Source: Mediterranea sp. (GTDB taxonomy: Bacteria; Bacteroidota; Bacteroidia; Bacteroidales; Bacteroidaceae). From it: a stretch of DNA of 59,159 nucleotides. Below the pieces are notes generated by a model that was not told the DNA's origin, searched no databases, and was given only the letters and a program-made list of their open reading frames with translations. Shown in pieces: positions 1 to 9,552 of this stretch (its first letter is position 1; each line of letters begins with the position of its first letter). Location of the stretch: positions 1-59,159 of the forward strand of contig JAISIX010000059.1 of the NCBI GenBank assembly GCA_031261805.1, in the 5' to 3' direction. The translations under genes and the position numbers were made by a program.

Positions 1-2643
1 TTCGGCTACATCTTCGTGGACAACATCAAGTCCAGGGAGGAGGCCTGCCAAATCATCGCCCACGAGCTGGGACATGGCCTCTTCACCCTCCGCCACACCT
101 TCGACTCCTTCTACGGGGGAGTGCTCAAGCAGGGCGACACCGACAACCTGATGGACTACTCCGACGGGACCTTCCTCGGCAAATGGCAGTGGGACATCAT
201 CGGCGCGCCGGCGATTTGGACAAGCCCGTTCGCGGCGGACGACAAGAGCGAGATGAACGTAAGCTATCACTTGGCCTTGTCACCTGATGGACGGTTCATG
301 GACCAGTTCTACCAAGACGGCAAGCAAGTAACGGTAAGGATGGTGATAGCCCCCCATTCGTTTGCCGTACGGAAGTTGAGGTACAAGGACGAGGATTATG
401 AATGGGACGCAAGCTCCTCGGATTTCGTCTCCACCTCGTCCGACAAGCACATCGCTTTCAAGGCCAGCAATACCAAGCCGGACAAGGTGAACATCTACAG
501 GGCATCCGGCGACCCCTGCGAGTACAACTACGCCCTCATCCCTTGGCAAGAGGGGAGTGACATAAACGGCATAAGCGCCGGCGGGGACACGAAATGGTTG
601 CGTTACCCCTATTCGGACCGTGACATCGTGTGCGCCATGAACGCCACGTTGGCCAACGACCGCCAGGAATGCGACGTGGAAGACATTGAGCGGGGCTACA
701 AGGAGTTGCGTGACAGCCTGGGCGTGGCCGGCCCCCAAGCCTTGGCCGCCACCGTGAACAGGGCCTGCCTCTCTTCCCTGCGGAAACTCACTTACGGGGA
801 GAAAGAAAGGCTGTTCACGGCCATCGCCGGACAGGAGACCATCAAGGAGGAGTCCGAGCTTGCCTTGCTACGCCTGATGCAATCCCTCGTCTCGTCGGAA
901 TACCAGAGCTTCTACCGGCTGTTGGAAAAGGATGGCAACCGGTTGTTGACGCACCTCGTCTCCGAGATGGACGATGCCTCACTCTTCTTCTGGCGTGACG
1001 GCGAGAACTACACGAACTTCATTGGGGCCTTGGCCATCATGTACCAGACCTCTCCGGAATCCATCGCGGAACGCTGGCCTACGAACGACGGGGACTATCT
1101 GGCACGGATAGTGAACCTCGAGGGCATGGATTGGCAAGAAGACCGTTTCAGCGGGATGTTCAGCTACCGGCACATGGAAGGGGAGTATGACGGCGGAAAG
1201 GTGACGGTCTACGATGTCTTCTCACTCAGCACGCCAAATCCGCGACCGGGCACCGCGAGCACTAAGTCGGAGAAATGGACAGTGATAGCCAAGCTGGATC
1301 CCCTCACCCCGATACTCGTGTCGGTGGACAGGATGCAGCTGCCCTTGGTGGAGACGGCCTTGGGAGAACCCATCACCGGCGGAAAATACTATGTCGTCCC
1401 GGCCATCTTCTTGGAGTACAACCAGGATAAGCTGGAGAACGACCGCATAAAGACGGCGGTGAACGTCTCCCTGGACGTGGCCACCATCGCGGCGAGCGGC
1501 GGAACGTTGCTGGCGGCAAAGGTCGCGTGGGCATCTCGGATATGGGCCTTGGCGGAAGTGGCGGGTGCCGTGGGCGACATCGGGCTGAACCTCACACCCC
1601 CAGCCGATGCCAACAGCGCGTTGGGCAAGGCGATAAACGCTTACAACCTCGGCATGGGCATCATCGGCCTGAAGAACGTGGGGAAGGGCATCGTACACTT
1701 CGCACAGACGTTGCCCGATGCGACCAAACAGCTGTTGGCCAAAAACCAGAGCTTGAGGAATGCCCTTGCCTCTGCCTATCTGAAGTACCGGGTGGAGATG
1801 ACACAGCTGCAGAACTCGGACGAATGGGGACGGCTGTCAGCCGTCGAGCAGAAACAGTTGCTCGACAAGGACGAGGAGATGAGGCTCTTGGCGGGGGTGG
1901 AGAAAGCCGACGAGAAACCCCTCGTGCTACCTCCAACAACTTCTTCGGAAACAACTAAATCAGTCAACCAGATAATTGACGCCATCAAGAACAAATCAGC
2001 GGGACTGGCCAAAAGGAAAGAAGAGATGAAAACGTTCTGCGAATCCCTTGATTCAAATGTGCTCAAGGTCCTGATGGAGAACAACATGGATGACTTCAAG
2101 AACTTGTTGGCAGAAATGGCCCAGACAAAGAACTCGTTTACAGGGTGTTCCTTTATACTCCAGAATATAGTTAACAAAGGAACTGATTTCATCAAAAGCA
2201 TAGAATCTTATAGCGCAAAGATACTTGATGACATGAATTTCATGACAGATATAAAACTGAAGCCAGCTCGGGGACATAGAGAGGGGCAAATGTTAGAGTA
2301 TAAGAGTTGGACCAAAAGTTCTTTCGACAAATATCTTCATGGTGACCAAGCTGTCGAGCAGATGAAAGCCTATATTCAATACGGCGATTTTATGTATATT
2401 GTAGATGGTGAGAAACTGGCAAAGGCTTTCTCGACTACGAAGGAAATAGAAACGTTCGTGAGGAAGAAGTTCCAAAATGTGTTTAAGAAGCATGCGGAGG
2501 AGTTTTATAGTTTGAACCCTGCGTTCTTTGGGAAATTTAAAAATGCAGATAAAACTTCCGTCGAAAGTTTAACCGAATTTGAAGAATTAGTAAAGGATAA
2601 ATCTTTTATAGAACAATTGTCAAATATAGTAAAAGTAGAATAA
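1..2643 (+). CDS. 5'-truncated large protein: zincin/metzincin-like peptidase motif, hydrophobic helical region and variable low-GC C-terminal domain; candidate polymorphic toxin with a restriction-endonuclease-fold tip
   Basis: Frame is open from base 1 (FGYIFVDNIK...). AHELGHGLFTLRH (HExxH plus third His) followed by NLMDY (Met-turn-like). Ala/Gly-rich hydrophobic stretch VATIAASGGTLLAAKVAW...LAEVAGAVGDIGL. Base composition turns AT-rich at about 1930. C-terminal TDIKL...LEYKSW fits a PD-(D/E)xK-like D...ExK pattern. Confidence 0.7.
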   Translation, partial: FGYIFVDNIKSREEACQIIAHELGHGLFTLRHTFDSFYGGVLKQGDTDNLMDYSDGTFLGKWQWDIIGAPAIWTSPFAADDKSEMNVSYHLALSPDGRFMDQFYQDGKQVTVRMVIAPHSFAVRKLRYKDEDYEWDASSSDFVSTSSDKHIAFKASNTKPDKVNIYRASGDPCEYNYALIPWQEGSDINGISAGGDTKWLRYPYSDRDIVCAMNATLANDRQECDVEDIERGYKELRDSLGVAGPQALAATVNRACLSSLRKLTYGEKERLFTAIAGQETIKEESELALLRLMQSLVSSEYQSFYRLLEKDGNRLLTHLVSEMDDASLFFWRDGENYTNFIGALAIMYQTSPESIAERWPTNDGDYLARIVNLEGMDWQEDRFSGMFSYRHMEGEYDGGKVTVYDVFSLSTPNPRPGTASTKSEKWTVIAKLDPLTPILVSVDRMQLPLVETALGEPITGGKYYVVPAIFLEYNQDKLENDRIKTAVNVSLDVATIAASGGTLLAAKVAWASRIWALAEVAGAVGDIGLNLTPPADANSALGKAINAYNLGMGIIGLKNVGKGIVHFAQTLPDATKQLLAKNQSLRNALASAYLKYRVEMTQLQNSDEWGRLSAVEQKQLLDKDEEMRLLAGVEKADEKPLVLPPTTSSETTKSVNQIIDAIKNKSAGLAKRKEEMKTFCESLDSNVLKVLMENNMDDFKNLLAEMAQTKNSFTGCSFILQNIVNKGTDFIKSIESYSAKILDDMNFMTDIKLKPARGHREGQMLEYKSWTKSSFDKYLHGDQAVEQMKAYIQYGDFMYIVDGEKLAKAFSTTKEIETFVRKKFQNVFKKHAEEFYSLNPAFFGKFKNADKTSVESLTEFEELVKDKSFIEQLSNIVKVE

Positions 2644-2644
2644 C

Positions 2645-3655
2645 ATGGTCAATATTATAATAAAGAAAGTGATGACTGACATTGAAAGCTACCAAATCCT
2701 GAGTAATAATAGCCTCATTGTCGTTAATGACAAAAATGAAATTAGTCTAAATAATATGAGTCTTGGGAAAGTGGAATTGGCAAGACATATATATGTATGT
2801 TCCACTGACATATTAATTGCAGAACTTCGCAATAGAACCGCTTATATTATTAGAGACTCAATGTTGCACCCTTTCCTTGGATTGGATTTTTCAGTTTCAA
2901 ATGTCATAAACAAGAAGATGCTTATTCTTTATAAAAGAGATAAACTTGGTCGCAAAACATACTATATATACGACTATGATGAGCATAGATTACTTAGAGA
3001 AATTAGCCGTTATATCAATTACTTATACAATGATTTTACATTTGGATATAATGAGACAGAAATATATGCTTATCGTATATCCACAGGTGATATTCAATGG
3101 CAATATTCCATCCAAGACTACCCTCGCTATATCGATAACTTTGAAGAACGTAATGCAGACATCAAGCAAATCCTTGGAGTCTATAAAGACATCCTTTGGG
3201 TACACGTTGGCGGCTTTCAGTTAATTGGTTTGGACATCCATACCGGCGAACGGAAACATTATGTAGAGGACATCTGGCTGGAAGATAAGAGCACTGATTT
3301 TTTGGACACTAAGTCTGGGATTTTAAGGTCATTATGTTATGACCACTACTATGAGTTCAATCTGAACTCTTTGCAGTTCATCAAGCAGGTGAAGATTGAC
3401 AATGGTTTGACTATTCGAGGAAGTAATAGCTACCCTGACGATAAATGCCTATACTTCTGTGGGCATTATAACAAGTCTACGCTACCCAACGCTTTCGGCA
3501 TCTTCGACACAGAGAAAGCCGAAATCGTGTGGTACGATACCCGAAAGCCGGATGGTGGTTATTTCTATAACCCTCCCCAGGCAAACGACAAACATTTGGC
3601 CATATTGGATGACAAGCATAACTTACTGATATACAATCGTGAAAAAGATGAATAA
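2645..3655 (+). CDS. Low-GC hypothetical protein, beta-propeller-like (PQQ-like repeats); putative immunity protein
   Basis: Starts 1 nt after the upstream stop codon. AT-rich like the toxin tip. No signal peptide. Blade-like motifs IYAYRISTGDIQWQY, LIGLDIHTGE, GIFDTEKAEIVW. Confidence 0.6.
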   Translation: MVNIIIKKVMTDIESYQILSNNSLIVVNDKNEISLNNMSLGKVELARHIYVCSTDILIAELRNRTAYIIRDSMLHPFLGLDFSVSNVINKKMLILYKRDKLGRKTYYIYDYDEHRLLREISRYINYLYNDFTFGYNETEIYAYRISTGDIQWQYSIQDYPRYIDNFEERNADIKQILGVYKDILWVHVGGFQLIGLDIHTGERKHYVEDIWLEDKSTDFLDTKSGILRSLCYDHYYEFNLNSLQFIKQVKIDNGLTIRGSNSYPDDKCLYFCGHYNKSTLPNAFGIFDTEKAEIVWYDTRKPDGGYFYNPPQANDKHLAILDDKHNLLIYNREKDE

Positions 3656-3668
3656 TACTTCAACAACA

Positions 3669-6600
3669 ATGGATATACGAAGAATAGTCTCAGGATTGGT
3701 GCTCTTTATGCTCCTCTCCCCTCTCTTCCTACATGCACAGTCGGCTGCGCCCACAATTCTCCAGAATGCGGCGCAATGTTTTACCACGATAGACCAGAAG
3801 AACAGTTATGCCGAAAGTCTAAATCAAGCGGTAATGAATGAAATGCCAGCAGGCTATCGCAAGACCATCAACAATATGGACGTGACGATAGCAATAAGCA
3901 CGGCCGAATACGAACAGGATTATGCTGTCTTTAGCGCCTTTCTCCGTATCCAGATACCTGGCGAGAATGGAAGGCTACTCTTCTTCGGAGCCGATGGACT
4001 AAAGATGGGCTATGACGGCAGCATTCTCGGCGACGCACGCTTAGCGTTGCTGGCCGATATTGACATCGTCCTCAACCCCAACATCACGCTCCGTCTAAAA
4101 GGAGACTTCAATAAAACGACCGGAGCACAGGCCTCCAACCTGACGTATGCCTCCATAGACTGCTCGGGATTGCGGGAGATAGGCCTGACGGCGGAGGTAG
4201 AGCTGTCGGACAAGCTTTGCAAGCCGGTGGACAAGGACGGCAAGGTGGTAGAAGGCAGTAAGGTCGTCGGCACTTTCCGCACGGTTCTGGAGAACTGGAA
4301 CGACCTTGTGGCGACCATCTCTTTCCCATCCTTTGCCATCAACGGCTTGGACGGGTTTATCTGGAACGTACAGAATGCCGTGGTAGACCTTAGCGACCTG
4401 CGCAACGGCGACGGATTCAACTTCCCCACCGGCTATGGCCCTTATATCCCGCAGGGGAACACGGCATTGTGGCGGGGCGTGTACGTGAAAGACCTCTCCG
4501 TGACCCTGCCCAAGCCTTTCAACGGGGATGGGCGAAGGGTGAGCTTCGCCGCCCACGACCTGCTGATTGACGAGAACGGGGTGACGGGACTCTTCACGGC
4601 CACCAACGTGCTGGCTTTCGACAAAGGGAACGCCTCGGGATGGTCGTTCTCCGTGAATGAGTTCGGGCTGGACATCCTGGCGAACCACCTGAATGGAGCC
4701 TCCTTCGCGGGTGAGATAGGCCTGCCCGTCTCCGACAAGTCGAGGCTGGGCTACCAAGGCTTGATCACCGCCGACAACCAATATATGCTGCAAGTGAATA
4801 CCACGGACACCCTCTCCTTCGACCTGCTACAAGCCAAGGCCGAATTGCTGCCCAACTCCTACGTGAAGCTGGCCGTGGCGGACGGGCAGTTCCGCCCCGA
4901 GGCATTGCTGCACGGACGCATGGGAGTGACGGCGAAAGTCGCCTCCCCAAAGGAGGACGGCAAGGAGATAGCGAAGTTCAAGGGCGTGGAGTTTCGTAGC
5001 CTGCACCTACAGACACAGAATCCATACCTCAGCGTGGAGTACCTTGGATACAAGGGGAGCGTGAACCTGCTGGGCCTGCCCGTCTCCGTGAGCGACATAG
5101 CCCTGACGACAGGCGGGAATACAGCCTCGCTGCACTTCAAGCTCAACCTAGCATTGATGAAGAACGACATGGGAGCCATGACAGCCCTCACCATTGGCGG
5201 ACGGATGGATGAGGGGAGCGGCCGCCAGCACTGGCGCTACGAGCAGACGAAGCTGGACGGCGTGCAGGTGGATGCCACCGTGGCCGGCACGTTCAAGCTC
5301 AAAGGTGAGCTGGAGATGCTGACCAATGAACCCACGTACGGCGATGGCTTCCGGGGCGAACTCAATGCCTCGTTCACCGACCGCAGCCCATTGAAGGGGC
5401 TGGGCATCCGTATGCGTGGGATGTTTGGCTACAAAGGGTTCCGCTACTGGTTTGTGGACGGCATCGCCACGCTCCCGGGCAGCGGGTTGCCGGTAGGCCC
5501 GGGATTCTTCCTCAACGGCTTCGGGGGCGGCATCACCTACCGGATGGCACCCGAGGGCATCGAAAAGGCTACGAGCCTCTCCTCCACCTCCATGAAATAC
5601 CGGCCCGATGAGAACCATTCGCTCGGCATCAAGGCCTCGGTGGCTTTCTGCGTGGCGAACAAGTCGATGGTCAACGGCGAGGCGAGCTTCGAGCTGTCGT
5701 TCAACAAGAAAGGTGGGCTTTCGTACGCCGGGTTCTACGGATTCGCCCGGATAGCCGCCGGAAACAAAAGCGCTGCCGGTTTCGAGAAAGAAGCGGCCGC
5801 GAAATACAGGGAGCAGGCGAAACGCGAGAGCGACTATATAGACAACCAGCAAGAGAAAGCGGAGACCCTCACCCGCTACAAACAATACGAGCCGCAGAAG
5901 GCAGCGGAAATCGCTGCGGGCAAGAGTGACGCCAGCCTCGGCAGCGGTGGATTGGCAGCCTGTGTAGGCATCCAGTACAACTTCGACGAGTCCTCGTTCC
6001 ATGCCAGCTTCGACCTCTACGCCAACCTTATCGGCGGCATCATCCGGGGCGTGGGGAGCAACAACCGCGCCGGATACGCCGTGCTACACATAGACCCCAA
6101 GGACTGGTATGTCTATATGGGTACCCCCACCGACCGGATTGGGCTACGCATGGGCTTCGGCAGCATCCTGAACGTGAAGACAGGCTCCTACATCATGGCC
6201 GGCACGCAGATTCCCGCCGCGGCGGGCGTACCCGAGCAGGTATCCTCCATCCTGGGATATACGCCGACCGACCTCGACTACATGGGTAGCCTCAACCAGA
6301 TAGGCACGGGCAAGGGCTTCGCCTTTGGCTCCAGCCTGAGCATCGACACCGGCGACCTCACCTTCCTTATCCTCTATGCCCGGTTCTCCGCCGGGATGGG
6401 CTTCGACATCATGCTCAAGGACTATGGGGAGGCACAATGCAAAGGACGCGACGGTGAGATAGGCATCAATGGCTGGTACGCCAACGGGCAAGCTTATGCC
6501 TACCTCTGCGGCGAGCTGGGCGTGAAGGTACACCTCTTCTTCATCAAGGCGAAGATACCCATCATCCGTGCCGGCATAGCGGCATTGATGCAGGCCAAGC

Positions 6601-8156
6601 TCCCCAACCCAAGCTCGTTCAAAGCCTACCTGGCCGTGCGGGCCAAGGTGCTGGGCATCATCAGCGTGAACTGCCGTTTCAAGATACTCATCGGTGAGGA
6701 CTGCCAGTTGGTGATCCCTGGTGGCAGCCCACTCGACATGGCGATGATTACCGACTTGGCACCGGAGGACAACGCGGGCGACGTGAGTGTCTTCGCCGCC
6801 CCGCAAGCCACGCTGCAGACGGCAGCCGGAAAGGCGTTTACCGTCAACGACGACCAAGGGGAGAAGACCTATCGGATCAACATCAAGGAGTTCAGCCTGA
6901 ACGATGGCCAGACAGACATCTCCGGCGGCCTGCGTTGGAATGATACGCACGATGCCGTCTCCTTCTACTCCGACGAGGTACTGCCACCCCAAAAAGAGGT
7001 GACGGCCACCGTTCGCGTGAACTTCGAGGAGCTGAAGAACGGGCATTGGAACGTGGTGTACACCGGTGGGCAGGAAGCTATTGAGAGCAAGACGGTACAC
7101 TTCCGCACAGGTGACGCCCCCAAAGACATCCCGCTGCAAAACGTGGAGTACGCCTATCCCGTGATAGGACAGAAATACTATCTGAAAGGTGAAAGCCAAC
7201 AGGGCTATATCCAGCTCAAACGTGGGCAGAGCTACCTCTTCCCCACCGACCTGAAGAACCAGATAGTGTACGAGGGTAAGTCGGGTGGACGACAAGCCAT
7301 CGACTTCCGGTACAATGAGTCGCGGAAGCGGATAGACTACATCGTTCCTGAGATAAAGAATGGCGAGGCTTATACCCTTACGGTAACTTCGTTGAGCGGT
7401 GGGACGGACAACCCCGTGACAGGCGATTCGGTCACCTCCGTGATCAGTAGTGGCGACGACGGCGACATAACCCTCGCGGGCAAACAGGCAGCCGCGGCTA
7501 CCCGTACGGACATCGGGAAGACGCTGCTCACCTACGACTTCACTGCCAGTCGTTACAACACCCTTGCCGAAAAGATACACGCGTTGAACAAAAAGAACCC
7601 CATAGCCACCTCCCTCTCCTCCAGCCTCCTCATGTTTGGCTACAGGATGGAAGGCATGGAGCCTTTCGACTTGGCCGACCTGACCGGCACGGAGCAGACC
7701 GCCCGCCAGCCACTGGTCGATGTACGTGCCACACTCGACGACGACTTCTACAAGAAGCACATCTATCCGCTCGTCTACGAGGGATATCCCATCGGCGGAC
7801 GTTTCCGTGTGACACGCACGGATGTGGACTCCATCGGCGTACCACCCGTCAAGGCACTTCCCTTACGCTCCGACTACCTAAGCGAGATTGAGGCGGGCAA
7901 CTACCGAGGCATCACCACCACCCTCTTCCCCTATCACTACAACCTGCCGGCCGTCTACTCGCAAGACTTCACCGACCTGCAGAGCCAAGTAGTCAATGCC
8001 TTGCTGGGCAAAGGAGGAGCCATGTACGACCGATTCCTGCTGGGTACCTATCCCTTTATCCTGCCGGGTAAGTACACCATACGGATGCAGTACGTGATGC
8101 CGGGTGGCATCAAAGGGACGGAGACCACGTTCGACTACGAGAATGCGATACAATAA
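3669..8156 (+). CDS. Large (~1495 aa) secreted beta-strand-rich hypothetical protein
   Basis: ORF track gives 3639..8156. ATG at 3669 yields a Sec signal (MDIRRIVSGLVLFMLLSPLFLHA|Q). Long run of amphipathic Gly-rich beta segments (e.g. YWFVDG, LNGFGGGITYRM) and an Ig-like C-terminal part. Confidence 0.75.
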   Translation: MDIRRIVSGLVLFMLLSPLFLHAQSAAPTILQNAAQCFTTIDQKNSYAESLNQAVMNEMPAGYRKTINNMDVTIAISTAEYEQDYAVFSAFLRIQIPGENGRLLFFGADGLKMGYDGSILGDARLALLADIDIVLNPNITLRLKGDFNKTTGAQASNLTYASIDCSGLREIGLTAEVELSDKLCKPVDKDGKVVEGSKVVGTFRTVLENWNDLVATISFPSFAINGLDGFIWNVQNAVVDLSDLRNGDGFNFPTGYGPYIPQGNTALWRGVYVKDLSVTLPKPFNGDGRRVSFAAHDLLIDENGVTGLFTATNVLAFDKGNASGWSFSVNEFGLDILANHLNGASFAGEIGLPVSDKSRLGYQGLITADNQYMLQVNTTDTLSFDLLQAKAELLPNSYVKLAVADGQFRPEALLHGRMGVTAKVASPKEDGKEIAKFKGVEFRSLHLQTQNPYLSVEYLGYKGSVNLLGLPVSVSDIALTTGGNTASLHFKLNLALMKNDMGAMTALTIGGRMDEGSGRQHWRYEQTKLDGVQVDATVAGTFKLKGELEMLTNEPTYGDGFRGELNASFTDRSPLKGLGIRMRGMFGYKGFRYWFVDGIATLPGSGLPVGPGFFLNGFGGGITYRMAPEGIEKATSLSSTSMKYRPDENHSLGIKASVAFCVANKSMVNGEASFELSFNKKGGLSYAGFYGFARIAAGNKSAAGFEKEAAAKYREQAKRESDYIDNQQEKAETLTRYKQYEPQKAAEIAAGKSDASLGSGGLAACVGIQYNFDESSFHASFDLYANLIGGIIRGVGSNNRAGYAVLHIDPKDWYVYMGTPTDRIGLRMGFGSILNVKTGSYIMAGTQIPAAAGVPEQVSSILGYTPTDLDYMGSLNQIGTGKGFAFGSSLSIDTGDLTFLILYARFSAGMGFDIMLKDYGEAQCKGRDGEIGINGWYANGQAYAYLCGELGVKVHLFFIKAKIPIIRAGIAALMQAKLPNPSSFKAYLAVRAKVLGIISVNCRFKILIGEDCQLVIPGGSPLDMAMITDLAPEDNAGDVSVFAAPQATLQTAAGKAFTVNDDQGEKTYRINIKEFSLNDGQTDISGGLRWNDTHDAVSFYSDEVLPPQKEVTATVRVNFEELKNGHWNVVYTGGQEAIESKTVHFRTGDAPKDIPLQNVEYAYPVIGQKYYLKGESQQGYIQLKRGQSYLFPTDLKNQIVYEGKSGGRQAIDFRYNESRKRIDYIVPEIKNGEAYTLTVTSLSGGTDNPVTGDSVTSVISSGDDGDITLAGKQAAAATRTDIGKTLLTYDFTASRYNTLAEKIHALNKKNPIATSLSSSLLMFGYRMEGMEPFDLADLTGTEQTARQPLVDVRATLDDDFYKKHIYPLVYEGYPIGGRFRVTRTDVDSIGVPPVKALPLRSDYLSEIEAGNYRGITTTLFPYHYNLPAVYSQDFTDLQSQVVNALLGKGGAMYDRFLLGTYPFILPGKYTIRMQYVMPGGIKGTETTFDYENAIQ

Positions 8157-8196
8157 TAAACAGAGAGAAAAAAACATATAAAAAAGAGAAAAGAAC

Positions 8197-9552
8197 ATGA
8201 GATTAAGGTCATTGATATGGATGGGAGCGAGCGTGATGTTGACGCTCGCCTCCTGCTACCAAGAGTCGCGCCTGCTGGTGCATGCCGACTTTGTGGTGAC
8301 GGTGGAAAACGACAATCACACCGCCCCCGTGCACGTCGCGCTGGAGAACACCAGTACCGGGGCGGACTTCTATGAATGGACGTTCGAGGGCGGCAGTCCC
8401 GCCACCTCTTCCGAGAAGACGCCTAAGGAGGTGGCATATAAGCAGGCGGGTAGTTACAAGGTGATGCTAAAGGCCTGGAACGACCACGAGCAGGATACCA
8501 AGGAGTACACGTTGCGGGTCGATTCGGCCGTCACCGTCTCTTTCGGCACGGAGATTGAAATGAACGACTTCGCCCCGGCCAAGGTACGCATTACCAACCA
8601 AACCCGGGGCGCTTCCACCTTCGTCTGGACGTTTGAGGGTGGCCAGCCGGAGGAGTCTGACGAGCCGCAACCGGGAGAGATTGCCTTTGACAAGCCAGGT
8701 GAGCATCGCATCACAGTGATGGCAAGCAATGGCGGGGAGACTTTTACGCTCTCGAAAAGCATCACTTTACGGCCGGCCCTGCAGCCTGATTTCGACATAG
8801 AGCCTACTTTCGACGACTTCGACTACGAGGTACCATTCACAGCATCGCTGGCCAACAAGACAGTGAGCGGACTGACTTACCGATGGGAGACGACGGGCGG
8901 CACCCTTGATGATGCCACGGCAGAACATCCAAGGTTAAGCATTACCACTCCCGGGACCTACACCGTGACTCTAACGGCCGAGAACGGGAAAGAGAGTAAA
9001 GAGGTACGTAAGGAGGTGACGGTGAAGGCCAACTCCAACCTCTATACGATGCGGGACGTGAAATTTGGCATCAAGTCGGCGGCAGGGAGCATCGGCGCCT
9101 TCTACTCATTGGACAAGCGGATGATAATCCCACAACCATCGAAAGGAGTCTCGGGAGAGATTGGAAAAGAAATCAGTCTCGTCTTCTTCGGCATTAACTT
9201 CTCCTTCGAGAAGTGCTACTTCACTTCGCCCGACCGTGCGACAGACGCTGGCTTCTACGCCATTCCAAACGCCACAAAGACCTACATCGTGAACACGTTG
9301 GAGCAATCGCCGTTGACATTTAGCGCAAGCGACTTCGACGCGATGGTGGACGACACGCCACTGAAGGGCTTGGATATAAAGACGAACGACAACCCGTCGG
9401 GCTGGTTTATCGCCAATCCTGTGCCACGTGTGGTGCTGTTTGAGACATCCGACGGGCGGCGGGGAGCCATCAAAATCAAGGCGTTCGTCTCCGAGCAGTC
9501 ACAATCGTACATACTGACCGACCTGAAATTCCAAAAGAGACAAGGACAATGA
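8197..9552 (+). CDS. PKD-domain lipoprotein (about three PKD repeats)
   Basis: Lipobox LASC at residue 20. PKD signatures YEWTFEGGSP, FVWTFEGGQP, YRWETTGG with G-Y/H-x-V/I-x-L motifs. C-terminal domain ends VLFETSDGRRGAIKIK. Confidence 0.85.
   Translation: MRLRSLIWMGASVMLTLASCYQESRLLVHADFVVTVENDNHTAPVHVALENTSTGADFYEWTFEGGSPATSSEKTPKEVAYKQAGSYKVMLKAWNDHEQDTKEYTLRVDSAVTVSFGTEIEMNDFAPAKVRITNQTRGASTFVWTFEGGQPEESDEPQPGEIAFDKPGEHRITVMASNGGETFTLSKSITLRPALQPDFDIEPTFDDFDYEVPFTASLANKTVSGLTYRWETTGGTLDDATAEHPRLSITTPGTYTVTLTAENGKESKEVRKEVTVKANSNLYTMRDVKFGIKSAAGSIGAFYSLDKRMIIPQPSKGVSGEIGKEISLVFFGINFSFEKCYFTSPDRATDAGFYAIPNATKTYIVNTLEQSPLTFSASDFDAMVDDTPLKGLDIKTNDNPSGWFIANPVPRVVLFETSDGRRGAIKIKAFVSEQSQSYILTDLKFQKRQGQ

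Noticed and set aside
6144-7760. 538-aa antisense ORF within the 1.5-kaa gene
   Set aside because: Codon-bias shadow with no recognisable features.
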